A stretch of 64,000 nucleotides of DNA from Eledone cirrhosa (taxonomy: Eukaryota): the NCBI GenBank assembly GCA_964016885.1, contig OZ024747.1, forward strand, positions 45,694,001-45,758,000. The letters run 5' to 3'. The position numbers and the translations under genes were made by a program. Positions 39,620 to 59,938 of this stretch are shown here, piece after piece. A model generated the notes under the pieces. That model saw only the letters and a list, made by a program, of their open reading frames with translations. It did not search any database and was not told the DNA's origin. The stretch's first letter is position 1. Every line of letters begins with the position of its first letter.

Positions 39620-39720
39620 TTTTCTTGTTATTTATCATTGTTAAACATTTTATGTAAAACACCCGTTGTCACGTCTTGTAATGTCCTATTTTTGTGCACC
39701 CCTGTGGCAAATAAAGAAAG
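39620..39720 (+). mobile_element. Tx1-like LINE extreme 3' end
   Basis: Reverse complement of 16900-16990 (CCCCTGTGGCAAATAAAGA), between (TC/TATC)n tracts. Confidence 0.75.
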
Positions 39721-39742
39721 ATAACTATCTATCTCTATCTAT

Positions 39743-39831
<89 letters not shown>

Positions 39832-40718
39832 TACATATATAGTTAGACACATAGATACACACAAATATACGTAAGTTTTATGTTCAGGCTTTGTACATGG
39901 AACTTTGAACAAGGGTTTTAAACTATATCATCAAATTGGACAATAACTCACAAGGGATATTTGTCCCACAGTGACTCTGTGGAAGTCTGTCATGTATATG
40001 TATCTATGTATGATCACTCAATACATTTGAGCAAAATATAAAAGGGTTTCCAATATTTGCATTATTTTATGTTTAATTTTGCCTATTAGGTGTTGTATAA
40101 TCTCCGATTTGTTGGCAGGTTTAATAATTATGTGTTAATAAGTGGAGAGTGTATGCTTCCTGGCTATATTAACTGTTTAGTTGTTTACATATAACCACCA
40201 TCACCACTTTATATGTTTGCAATGCTGGCATATATTGCTTGGGTCATTATAGTCCGAGTCAGTACTTGTTTGAACCTTTTGCTGTTTGGAAGACTATGCT
40301 TCATTTTTACTCTATATTTAGCAATGTGTATGTGACTGGTTCTCCTTCCTTACTTCGACCCCATTGCAGATTGTACTTGGTGCATGTCATCATGTCACAA
40401 GGAGCAGGATTCTTGTTATGTATTTGGCAGGTGAATTGGTGCATCGTTTCCAATCGTTTTATTTATTTTTTTTTTTTTTAGATTATTCTACAGAGTGTAC
40501 TGGGTACACATTATTGTAGTAGCAGTACTAGTGAGCTTGCTTTGAATCTCACAAGACTAAAAGAAACTCACTATTCAACATTGTATTCGTTTATTTAACG
40601 AAACATGAAGAGCTTCTATAGAAGAAAGAATGATGACAACTAAAAAAGCAAACAGATTTAGTGGAAGAAGGCAGTAAGAGTATGATAAAAGAGTGATTAA
40701 GGTAAAACAGGAAAGGAA

Positions 40719-40903
40719 ATAATTGTTTCTACTTTTGGCACAAGGCCAGCAATTACCCAGTACATTACTGGTACTTTATTTTATCGACCCCGTAAGGATG
40801 AAAAGCAAAGTTAACCTCGGCGGGATTTGAACTCAGAGTGGCAAGGGCCTTAACTCTATGCTGCAAAGCATGATGTCGGACCCTCTACCGATACTGCCAA
40901 TCC
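40719..40903 (-). mobile_element. tRNA-derived SINE
   Basis: Family match; GGAAATAAT on both flanks. Confidence 0.88.
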
Positions 40904-42719
40904 GGAAATAATGGGAGATAGACATTGCTGGGGTGAGGAATAGAATAGTGATAATAATGGCCTGGGCTAACATAAGAAAGTAACAAGAGCATGATGGGAG
41001 AAAATGTGTGACGAGGGACAAATAAAATGAGACCTTAATGTCAGCACCATCTTTGCTGGTGGAGGAAGGAGAGAGGGGAGAATAATAGCAATAGATTATT
41101 ATATTACTGCTTTTCACCATGAATCTTCAATGATCAAACAATTCTTTGCTAGAATGAGACACAAATGTGATACCCTTCTCAAAGATATTAAATCAGTTGC
41201 CCACTATAGATAGAAATAAAGAGCAAACAACACAGGTGACAAAACACAGCCTTTTTTTGTTCCATAACTTACTCTGCAATCATCACACCCTCGTGAGAAG
41301 TAATAACATTTAGTATGTTATCAAACACTTCAATTTTCATTAATAATTTTCAGAGGGCCTTTCCTATTTCAAAAGCCATGATATGGTCCACAAATAGAAT
41401 GTATAATGGTTTTATTTTCGTCAAAATTGACTATTTCCTGGCGAACTCTACTCAGTTTCTCTTTATTCTTTTCTGAATACCTAACAAACAATGCTTTCAA
41501 GTAATATTAATCTAGATGTTAATAACTAGTATCTTAACATTTTCTCTGTATTCACTAATCTAAATCTCATTTCCTTGCCAAATAGTAGTGATGGCCTGAG
41601 CTACATCAAAACATTTCTAAAAAATATTCTAAAATTCATGAAGTTCAACGTGTAGAAGTAATTATGATTTAGACTTTAGCTGAAAAACATTTCATCACTT
41701 ATATAATTTGCTATGTATCTTTTACAACAAACAAAACAGCTCAGACCATTAAACTTCAAATATATTCAAGTAGGCACTTTATATCACTAACTTTAAGCCG
41801 ACCTATTATCTCTGTAACAATAAACTTGCTTTTTAGCTTCTTCTTTACAATATATTTTTATTTGAATTTCGAATACAATTTAAACTTCCTTAAACACAAA
41901 CACTCACTATATAATACAATTTTAAGGTGGACCCAGAACAAATAGAATATTTATAATACACACACGTGCATGCCCCACCCACAAACATATACATGTAGTT
42001 AAATGTTATATATATATGTTATATATATATATATGCTTGTGAATGTACGTATATTGGGTTAACATTTAGTTGTCATGACAATGATGTTTTTCCGATCCTT
42101 TACTTTTGTTCAGAACATCCCAAGTGGAGCATTCAGTTAAAAATTTCATATATTTTTCCAAGTCATAACCCAGTAAAGCCAACATTTTTATGTGCAACAA
42201 TGAACTCATAGTTGTTATTAGTTGAATTTGTAAACTTAGAAAAGCTTGAGTTAATTAAATATATTCAATAAAGTATGAATACCATTTTTTTCTGATTGTA
42301 AAGATAAAAATATTTTAAAATTACAATGTTATCATCCTTGATTTTATTTTACAAAAAAAAATATTTACGGAATTTACACTATGAAAGGATTGATTTTCTT
42401 TTTTATAACTATACAAAACACTTCTTTTTTCATTTTATCATTTTTATCATGAACAATTGATATTTTTTATTATGATGTTTGATGTTCCAACAGCAAAATT
42501 TCTGTTTCAAATCCTACTGATTACTTTCATATTCCCTTAATTTAATCTAGAATTGGTAAGTTCTTCTGTTGTTAAATTATATGTTCAGCATTCCGTTATA
42601 TTTCACCAAAACATCAGGGTGAACCATGAAGAACGACTTTCAATGTCTAAAACAATAATTTGATAGATTATCTACGAATTATGTTGTCCCTGTGGAACTT
42701 ATAACGATATAAATTAAAT

Positions 42720-42841
42720 TATATATATATATATATATGTATGTATGAATATATATATATATAAATATATAAATATATACATAAATATATATGTATATAT
42801 GTATATATATGTATATATAAATAGATATGTATACATATGTA

Positions 42842-42898
<57 letters not shown>

Positions 42899-42983
42899 GT
42901 ATATATATATATGTATATATATATATGTATATATATATATGTATATATATATATGTATATATATGTATATATATATATGTATG

Positions 42984-43016
<33 letters not shown>

Positions 43017-43051
43017 GTATATATATATGTATATATATATATATATGTATA

Positions 43052-43142
<91 letters not shown>
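42720..43142. repeat. (TA)n/(TATG) microsatellite
   Basis: Read directly from the sequence. Confidence 0.95.
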
Positions 43143-43146
<4 letters not shown>

Positions 43147-44199
43147 AGTTTTGAGAATGCCAAGGATAGGAAATTATTATTCATTCACACATCTCTATGA
43201 ACATTTCAACGCGGTTAGTTTATCATATCCATTTGCGGAGCAACTGGAGATTACCAGTTAACAATAATTATCTCCATTATGGGTGCTTTTGTAGAAGAAT
43301 GACTAAATGAAACAGGTGGTAAGCACTCTATGCCCCAGATGATCCATGTATGTGATAGTCAGCAGGCCTGGAAAACTTGACACCAACAGCAGTCTACAAA
43401 TTTGTTTGTAGATTGAGCCCTGAAATGGTAAAGTGTCTTGCACATGATGTGAGAGAGAAGCTTGTACATGCAGGCAACATTAAAACCGAAACAATTGAGG
43501 TTGTTAAATAAAAGGATCTGTTATATGTGACATGTCACTGTGGGAAGAAACAATTGTCAGTAATTAAATGCTTTGAACTCTTAAATTATTTGGTTTGTAA
43601 GCAAATTGTAACTATATAACGGCTCCAGAAAAAGAAATGACAAAGGAACGCGATAAGTGGAGAAGCCATGCTGAGAAGGACCCATCGCACCCATGCGAAC
43701 ATGGAAAAACAGATGTAAAAATGATGATATATATATATATATAGGTGTATAGGTGCAAGATAATTGTGTCATTAGGTGGTATGCTGGATGAGCACTCAAT
43801 GCTCGAGCAGAGCAAAGTATAATAGTATATATATACACGTTTCGCACCTTTCCGATGGACTCCCCCCCACGCCCCACCCAGCCCCGGAAAAAAACTCCAG
43901 TTGATGGATGTGACTCCGAAATATATAGGGACAATTAAATCTCTCCCAAGGTAACTCTATCTCGTGTTGTTATTTTTATTTTTATCCTTTACGCTCTTTC
44001 CTTCATTCCTCTACGCGCTACAGTCTTATACACGCCACGCATCTCAACGTACACGCACTTACATCTCTCTCTCCACCACCGGATCTTGTTACCCGGAGAT
44101 TTACCCATCTGCATTGTCGAGGCTTCCAAACGACTTAAAGAAATTTACCTTATTATTCCACAGTGCTTCAAGCAAACTTCAATACTCTCTTATATATAT

Positions 44200-44500
44200 A
44201 TATTTATTAAAATAACAGATTAAAGTTTAAGCAAAGAATCGCTGCTTTCACCCTTAACGGAATCTTCTGAAGCTAACAAAGTCATATATATATATATATA
44301 TAAGGGTTAAAATACTGGAGCGTGTTGGAGTTAAACACCCTCTTCGTATTATAGAAATGACTGTATGTACACTCCATATTCTTCAGAGCTTCCGGCTTGT
44401 ATCTGCGATATTACTTCTTGTTGTTTTAATTGCCCTGATGAGTCCTTAATGTTGGCTAATAAAGACTTTTGATGTATTGAAGGCTTCTTTGTTTTACTCT
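44200..44500. mobile_element. Rearranged fragments of the 18788-19620 pLTR family, with a deleted HHR at 44430-44460
   Basis: 44203-44275 is the reverse complement of 19550-19620; 44305-44365 matches 18790-18853; 44430-44490 is the reverse complement of 18908-18980. Confidence 0.8.
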
Positions 44501-44504
44501 CTTA

Positions 44505-44621
<117 letters not shown>

Positions 44622-44958
44622 GGTGTGTGCATTTGTATCTCTATTTGTATATATGGAAAATTGTATGCATTCCTAACATATGCCAACTACAAATTTAACT
44701 GCCTTAAAGCAATATAAAAATCATATCGAGTTGTAAATTTATCAGCTACTAATTCCTGAAGTAGAGGTAAAGTGCTATAAAAAGCTTCAATTACTGACTT
44801 AATTGTACTACTAATATAATCTTGAACTTTTGATCAGTGCAGTTATAATATGATCCATGAGCTAATGTTGTTTTAATACCCTAATAGCTATCACTTCTAA
44901 TTCTAATGAGTCATATTTGAAAAAAGAAATGCAGTAACCTTGTTTTGAAAAGAAAGGG

Positions 44959-45033
<75 letters not shown>

Positions 45034-45412
45034 GCTCTGTTCTACTAAAAAAGAGCGAACACCACTGACTTACATCTTTTGATTCCAAATTTATTCAAAC
45101 TCACCCTGTTTCTACAATAAAGAAACTCTTTTAATGTTTATATTTATCTATAAACTTTACTAGACAATGGGGTAATTTGAAATGCAGCCATCTCAATGCA
45201 ATATTAGTCTCAATGTAGTTGAGCATTATACATAATATTTGAGAGAATTGAGTAATGTCTCCTGGTGTGTTTTACCCAATTTTCTCAACGATTATTTTTA
45301 GTGAATTACTAAATTACTAATATATGTAATCTACACTGGAGCGACTACATTTCTCATACATACATAAGTATGTACATACATATACATATATTCAAAGAGA
45401 CACATACATTTA

Positions 45413-45730
45413 TCATCATCATCTTCATCATCATCATCTTCGTTTAACGTCCATTTTCCAAGCTAGCATGGGTTAGACGGGAGTTGTCCCACTTGAGGCA
45501 AGGTTGGTCGAGTGACCGTGTCTCGCTCGTATAGGACTGTCTGGCAGGTTTTCTACGGCTGGATGCCCTTCCTAACACCAACCACATTTACAGTGTGGAA
45601 CTGGGAACTTTTTACCGTGTTACCTACACGGCCACATTACAGCGTGGACTGTGTGTTTTTTTTCTCGTGACACCTACACGATCTCGATCTCATTTATCTC
45701 ATTTATTTGGACTGGATGTTGTGGTACCAA
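45413..45730 (-). mobile_element. SINE/RTE-tail-type repeat with (GAT)n tail
   Basis: Reverse complement of 59640-59935. The same 3' end occurs at about 32165, 43690 and 61135. Confidence 0.75.
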
Positions 45731-46559
45731 ACACAGATATTTATATATAAATGTATGTGAAAGGGAGAGAGAAAAAGAGAGATTGAGAACCATAGATATA
45801 TTTACATGCATGCAAACAAAATTCAAATTACAAGAGAATATAAATGTATTTGAATATGTTGCCAACTTCAATAAGCTTCAGCATTTTCATTAGACTTTTC
45901 AGAGACAAAATTGTCATTTCATGGTGCAACCATTAGCAATAAAATATATCTATTTCACAAGTTTATAAAATATCAATATAATTCATTTCTAGGTAATTGC
46001 AAATAAACTCCATGCCCCTTTAACCATCAACTGCACCATTAATTTCTTCATTTGAGCACTTTTTCTTTCCAAATATATTTGTCTCATTCATGTTACCTGA
46101 AACATATTATTCAGCAGATAGCTTTAATTTTTTTTCACGCCTTCAAGAATAATTTTCTTTTTTATATATGTATTTAATTATTTATTTATTTATTTATATA
46201 TTGATATATACGTTTAAATACATGTGTAGCTTCATATTTTTAGAAACACTCCACAATATTTTAAAATGTGTAAAATTTCCAATTTTTTTCAATTATATAT
46301 ACATTAACATTTGTAATTTTTTTCACTTTTTCAATAGATTTCTTGTCATTTTAATAAAAAAAAAGGTAGAATAAGAGTGACATGGGGAAAGAATCATTCT
46401 TCTGTTTATTTTCGTTTCAAAGATTTAGGTGTGAAATTGTAATTTTTCTGAGTAGAAAGCATGCAACTGTTTTGAGTGCATCTTGAACTTCGCTTTTGAA
46501 ACTACCCATCTATTTTTGAAGGGTCATATTTTATTGTAATATATTTTAAAGATATTTAT

Positions 46560-49675
<3,116 letters not shown>

Positions 49676-49728
49676 ATCAGGAAAGAAGATTGACATGGTT
49701 TGCAATACAAAAAAGGTTTTTAATCTCA

Positions 49729-49809
49729 TTGCTGACAATTGTTTCTCTGAACTGGTAGGTCTAGAGATCGCTATTCGCTTGTTTTCACGTTACTCGATCG
49801 TCAATACAA
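49729..49809 (-). ncRNA. Degenerate hammerhead downstream of a Penelope fragment
   Basis: Minus strand reads TTGTA-TTGACGA-TCGAG...TTCAGA-GAAA-CAATTG-TC-AGCAA. Confidence 0.55.
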
Positions 49810-50293
49810 AATTATAACCAGTCAGTTCTTCGGAGCATGCGAGAATGAAGAGAATATACAGGCATGAATGGAATATACAGGCTACTATATGAAGTAGTAA
49901 TGGCATTCAGTTAGAACAATAACAACAATTACAACAATGCTAGTAATAAATTATTGGAGGAGACCCTGACATTACGTTAGGTGGGGGTTATAGTGTATCT
50001 AAGATTTCGGTGTGTAAAACTAGCTGGCATGAAGCAGAAGTATAAGTTTGGCATGTCGTAGGGTGTATTGTATCAATTTTAAAGATAAGCCGGTGTTTAT
50101 CACCAATATAGGTCAGGTGGCCGTAATGTTCAGTATTTATCTGACCGACGAAGTATTTATCATTGAGTAGAATTTTTGTGGTCTACATTAGATGAGAATA
50201 CAGTCTTTCTTTTCATCTTCAATAACATACATGTATGGGACAACACTGTCAAAGCTAAATAGTGGGCGAGTTAATACAGAGGTTACGGAGGCA

Positions 50294-50352
<59 letters not shown>

Positions 50353-50715
50353 TATACACATATATACACACACACATATATATACACACGCATGTGTACA
50401 TAGACACATACATACACATCAATATACACTCGTACAAATACATACATATATGCAAAGAGATAAACATGCTGACTGTAATTATGGCAAAAGGAAGGTAAAG
50501 TTACATTGTAGTAGTGATTTGAGAAATTCTTGGATTTAGGATCAAGTGATGGCAGCAGCTGAGAAGAAATAAGTTTATGGGTTGATGAGGTACTTACAGA
50601 CATTTGTGTGGTAAAGATTTGTGACGGCTAGAGTGTACTTAATGAGTATATTTCTGTGGTGATTTATGCAGGGTAGTGGGTATCCTAGTTTAAGGCTATG
50701 TTGTGTTGGTTCGAT

Positions 50716-51025
50716 TCACGGAGGTTTGAATCTTATGAATTTAGTGGCAATTCTATGTCTGCAGAAGATAGATCTTTCTAACTTATTGTTAAGTAGCGTT
50801 TTTACATTTTTGAGGATATACATTAGTTCTAGATCACATAGCCTGCAGTGGGACATACCTGTACTATAGGTTTTAGCAGCCGACAACTTCGACCAGTTAA
50901 TGCTGTAGTTAGTGCTGCTGTCCTTCAGTTCCCATATTTTTTTGGCGAGGGTTGTGGAACCCATAAGTGCACGGTTTTTCATTGAGTATCTGTGCGCATA
51001 CCATCTTTTTTTAAAAGAACCCGCG
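50716..51025 (-). mobile_element. Penelope-like (Naiad-type) GIY-YIG C-terminal fragment; 3' UTR/pLTR extends to about 49680
   Basis: [11 protein letters not shown]...[12 protein letters not shown]...CRLCDLE...LNNKLE...CRH, homologous to ORF 2524-2955. Confidence 0.85.
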
Positions 51026-54170
<3,145 letters not shown>

Positions 54171-54179
54171 TGTATATAT

Positions 54180-54580
54180 GAATATAAGTATGTATACGTA
54201 CATACATATATGTATACAGAGTACAGTAGTATGTATATACATACATGCACACATATATATATATGTACGTATGGGTTTAGCGAGCATTTATTATAATGCT
54301 CGGTTTGTTCATCGTTCATCGTTCCTTTGTCAGTGTTGAACAAAATGGAACGATGGTTGCCGAACACTGTACGGCTAATAATTCGGGCTGTTTGTTGTTT
54401 ACAAACAAACTGAGCATTATAATAAATGTTCGGTAAACCCATACGTACATATATATATATGTGTGTGCATGTATGTATATATATATACATACTACTGTAC
54501 GTCTGTATACATATATGTATGTACGTATACATACTTATATTTAAGTATCAGCCGTACTAAGAGTGAGAAATGAAATTTCC
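54180..54580 (+). mobile_element. Copy of the 56239 HHR family: sense part 54317-54578 preceded by an inverted segment (about 54180-54309)
   Basis: 54317-54578 is the reverse complement of 56250-56512. Confidence 0.85.
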
Positions 54581-54588
54581 TTTTTTTC

Positions 54589-54683
<95 letters not shown>

Positions 54684-54840
54684 TTGGTGCCCTGAAATAG
54701 CTATATATATATGAATGCATATATAGTGTATTTTGCAATACACTGTATGCTTAATTAAAAGATTTTCGAAGACCTTATGCTATTGTTTTAGAGTAGTGAC
54801 AGGCTCACTTAATTTAATTTCAGCAAACAGGGGGAAATAA

Positions 54841-54885
54841 AGCTGACAAGGCCTTGTTTCGCATTTATTGATGCTTATCAAAGCC
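54841..54885 (-). ncRNA. Type I hammerhead, U3-A8 core variant (different family from 5990)
   Basis: Minus strand reads GGCT-TTGATAA-GCAT CAATAA ATGC-GAAA-CAAGGCCTTG-TC-AGCT. Confidence 0.83.
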
Positions 54886-55123
54886 AACTACTCCTCCTGT
54901 TTGCTGAAATCATGGATGTTTGGTTCTTATAGAATTCTAGTAAATAATCAGGAACTGATTAAAACAGAGCGGTTGCCGATCAAGCAGAAATTGAAAATTA
55001 TCACCCCTTTTTGCTGAAATTAAAGTAAGTGAGTCTATCTGGAGTCCAGAAATAGCTGTCGAAACGGCTTGAACTCTGCCGTTGGGGTCATAGATTTTCC
55101 TATATATATATATATATTTTATT

Positions 55124-55647
55124 GAATGTAGTGAGTTAAAGAGAATTAAATTGATCATAGCTGGAGGATTGGATAGAGAGAGAGGGGGAGATATAAAGAG
55201 ATAAATATGTATATAAAAAATAAAGATAAAGATAATGACATTGAAAGATCAATTTATTGTAACCATAGACTCAAAGAGAAGTTTTCGCACAACTGCACAA
55301 CCCTTAACCTCTTACTACCAACTGACAAACTGCATATACTTAGACTTTATACCCTCTTGTTGTATCTAAACCCTTTTAATTACTCACAAAAACCAATACC
55401 TATATCCCCCCCCCCTCTCCTTCATTCCTCTTCTATTTCTTCGTTTTCTTCCTTCCTTCCCTCCCCTTCTTGGCTATCTTTTCTTTTCTTCTTTCTCCCC
55501 CTTCTTTGCTTTTATTTTTGTCATTATTATCTTTATTTTTATTTTATATATATATATATTTATCTCTTTATATCTCCCCCTCTCTCTCTCTCTCTATCCA
55601 TCCCTCCCACTATGATCAATTTAATTCTCTTTAACTCACTACATTCC
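55124..55647. repeat. ~85-bp inverted repeat (55124-55208 / 55556-55647)
   Basis: AATGTAGTGAGTTAAAGAGAATTAAATTGATCATAG... and its reverse complement. Confidence 0.85.
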
Positions 55648-56004
55648 ACATGAAGTCTGCTATCAAAACTGCTCAAGGAATCCTTCCACCTCTACTGCCC
55701 AGTTTGTCACTCTACTTCCTAACTCTTCCCCCTTCCTCTCTCTCTACACTATTCCGTTTGTCCCTTCACCTTCTGATTCCTCTCTCTCATACTAGTAAAT
55801 ACAATTCCAAATAAATGTTTTTCTCTATATATTAAGAATTATTTCAAGAGTAACTTACTCACTATTTTGAAAATTTGGACTGTGAACAACAATTATAATT
55901 GAGTGGCTGCTATTTGCAGTATAGCAATATAAGGTTGCACTTACCAATGAAACGGTCGTAAATACCTGGATAAAATCCTTCTCTTAATGCTTACCTGTGT
56001 TTTC

Positions 56005-56092
<88 letters not shown>

Positions 56093-56189
56093 ATATATCT
56101 ATCTATCAATATATATATATATATGTATGTATATGTATATATGTATCAATGCATATATATATATATGTATGTATATATATATGTATCAA

Positions 56190-56237
<48 letters not shown>

Positions 56238-56238
56238 A

Positions 56239-56850
56239 GAATGAAACGAAATTTCATTTCTCACTCTTAGTACGGCACTTACTTAAATGTAAGTATGTAT
56301 GTATACGTACATACATATATGTATACAGACGTACAGTAGTATGTAAATATATACATACATGCACACATATATATATATACGTATCGGTTTACGGAACATT
56401 TATTATAATGCTCGGTTTGTTTGTTTGTAAACAAACAAACAGCCCGAATTACGCCGTACAGTGTTGAGGCAACCACGTCACCTTTTTGTTCAACACTGAC
56501 ACAGGAACGATGTACTAGTTTCAAGCTTATTAACTATCGTCAGCATCGTATACCGTCCTGCCAGATGGTTGAACGTCTGAAAGTATATACTTTCCTTATG
56601 CATATCAACGGCTGAGCAGCCCGATTTGAATATCGAGTGAGTTCAGTCGGCCGGGCACACCGAAAACGATAAATGGAATCGAATGAAACGAAATTTCATT
56701 TCTCACTCTTAGTACGGCACTTACTTAAATGTAAGTATGTATGTACACGTACATACATATATGTATACAGACGTACAGTAGTATGTATATACTGTATATA
56801 CATACATGCACACATATATATGCTCGTATCGGTTTACCGAACATTTATAT
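56239..56850 (-). mobile_element. Non-coding 442-bp partial tandem with HHR
   Basis: 56239-56403 is similar to 56681-56850. Flanked by (TA)n. Confidence 0.83.
56507..56549 (-). ncRNA. Minimal type I hammerhead
   Basis: Minus strand reads ACGATG-CTGACGA-TAGTT AATA AGCTT-GAAA-CTAG-TA-CATCGT; GUA cleavage between 56513 and 56512. Confidence 0.87.
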
Positions 56851-56937
56851 ACATACTACTGTATGTCTGTATACATATATGTATGTACGTATACATATAT
56901 ATATGTATGTATATATATTTGTATGTATATATATGTA

Positions 56938-56977
<40 letters not shown>

Positions 56978-56987
56978 CATATATATA

Positions 56988-57056
<69 letters not shown>

Positions 57057-57058
57057 AC

Positions 57059-57116
<58 letters not shown>

Positions 57117-57199
57117 ATATATATATGTATGTATGTATAACTTTGAATAACTTTGAAATGTTTTGGCCAGTATTGGCCCAGGCCATGTGTAACTTAATA

Positions 57200-57950
57200 A
57201 CACCACTGCAGCAGCTTTCCAGTGACATTCTCAGTAGATTGTTGTGATCAACCCTGTCAAAGGCCTTGCTGAAATCAAGGTAGATAACATCAGTGTTGGA
57301 ACCCTCTCCCAGGGCTCTCAAAATGTCATCAAAGTGATGCAGTAGCTGCGTCAGGCAATCCTTCCATTACGGAATCCATGCTGGTTGGAGTTCAGCATAT
57401 TGTTACTCTCAAGGAAGTGGGTCATTCGCGATCTCACCACTCTCTCAAATACCTTAATGATATGAGAGGTGAGTGAGATTGGACGGTAATTCACGGCAAG
57501 GGATTTGTTTCCTTTTTTGAAAACTGGAACAACAGACTGGGATAGAAGGTTTTCTGGCACATATCCAGCATCCAGTGAGTTCCGCCACAGATTGGCAAGA
57601 GGAGATGCAAGCTGGTGTTGACACACCTTCAAGACACAAGCAGGGAAGCTATCGGGACCTACTGCTGAATTATGCTTGATTTCCTTTATTGCCGCTAAGA
57701 CATCAGGGGCGCCAAACGTTATGTCCGATAAGGTGTAATGGGGAGTAACATCGCCGATACAGCCCAGATCGGCCATATCAGGATTGCTGAAAACAGTATT
57801 GTTTCTGCAGTATCTCACCGATGGTTTTAGCATTGTCTTGAAGAGTGCCATTTTCATCAATTAGAGGGCCAACAGTAGAGCCAGTGATTTTGTGTTTTTT
57901 TGCAAATGAAAAGAACACTTTAGGATTGAGTTTGAACTTCTCATATCTTC
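57200..57950 (-). mobile_element. CR1/L2-group LINE RT fragment, frameshifted
   Basis: SAVGPD...VVPVFKKG...NYRPISLTSHIIKVFER...QHGFR / [16 protein letters not shown]. Confidence 0.88.
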
Positions 57951-57954
57951 ACAT

Positions 57955-58590
<636 letters not shown>

Positions 58591-58745
58591 TTGGGATATT
58601 TTGGATTAGATAATCAACTGACACTAGTGTACGCAGGATAGAGCACTCAACGAAGTATACATGTAGGTACACTCTGGAGTATTGGTATGACAATGAAGTA
58701 GAAGTCCATAAGTTAGAATTTACCTCATTTAATTGTTATACAATC

Positions 58746-58805
58746 TGTGTTATAAATATCTCGATGATAACCGTTATCTAACAGTTACAACTTCATCAGA
58801 CATCT
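58746..58805 (-). ncRNA. Degenerate hammerhead (GAAA changed to GAGA)
   Basis: Minus strand reads ATGT-CTGATGA-AGTTGTAACTGTTA GA TAACGGTTATCATC-GAGA-TATTTA-TA-ACAC. Confidence 0.6.
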
Positions 58806-59639
58806 ATTACATGAACAGAAAGTTACATTAATAAAATGACATTAACAGAAATAAAGATAAAAAGTACTCATGCTCATTTCATATGCCATGTCAGTCTTGA
58901 GTGTTACTGGTAACATATAACCCAGTACAACTTGTCGCATGGTCGGTTCATCGGCGACTAAACCGGCAACGCCACCAAGTTTACTTGGTGAGGAGGGTGA
59001 TTTTGGACGCCATGCAGGACAAAAAACAAAACCTGACAAAGGGTGGAAGAACTCATAAGAGTCAATGGCCATCTAAAATCAAAAATCAAAAAAATCCTGA
59101 CAAATCAATGCGTGGCAGTAGTTCCAGCTGCACACATCGAAAGACTGGTGTAGTGGTTCTGAGAACAATTTGGCTTTGCAGATGATCAATGCAAATTGAC
59201 AATGGAAACGCACTCCCGCTCGAGTTAGAAGAGAACTATTGACCTTCAGGAGAAGCAGCGACCCCTGATTGTATTCAGCAACCAAAACAATTATGAAGTA
59301 CACCAAATCCAATGCTCCTAGGGGTGGCCCTGGTTCTTCTTATTTGCAAGTGTAAACTCGGCCAGATTAGATTAGATTTCCATATGCCACAGGTAGAGGG
59401 CGTTATTGATGTTGTTCCATCAAAGTCCATGTGACGATAAATTCCAACCTCACACACTTACACCTCTCCAAGACAATGTCACTGGACCGAGATCTTTGGC
59501 GCTACACAGTAATACAGATGACCCACCTTGCCTAAGTACAAAGCGAAACCTACAGTCAGTAGGCACCTCTTAACAAAAATACACCCCCGTCCCACTACCC
59601 CCACCCCCACCCACACCACCCCTTTCGATGTGAAGTTAT

Positions 59640-59904
59640 GTTGGTACCACAATATCTAGTCCGAATTAAATGAGGTCTTGTAGGTGTCACGACAAAAAAA
59701 AAAACAGTCCACGCTGTAATGTGGCCGTGTAGGTAAAATGGTAAAAACCTGCCAGTCCACCCTGGTAACGTGGTTGGTGTTAGGAAGGGCATCCAGCCGT
59801 AGAAAACCCGCCAGACAGTCCTATACGAGCAAGACAACCAATCTTGCCTCCAGTGGGAAAATTCCCATCCAAACCCATGCAAGCGTGGAAGATGGACGTT
59901 AAAC

Positions 59905-59935
<31 letters not shown>
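59640..59935 (+). mobile_element. SINE/RTE-tail-type repeat with (GAT)n tail
   Basis: GGTGTTAGGAAGGGCATCCAGCCGTAGAAA...CCCATGC...TGGACGTTAAACGATGATGAT; pairs with the copy at 45413. Confidence 0.75.

Positions 59936-59938
<3 letters not shown>

Noticed and set aside
43262-43300. NNYLHYGCFC, resembling a phospholipase A2 Ca-loop
   Set aside because: Lacks the following Gly-rich loop and CCxxHD motif, and the frame closes quickly.
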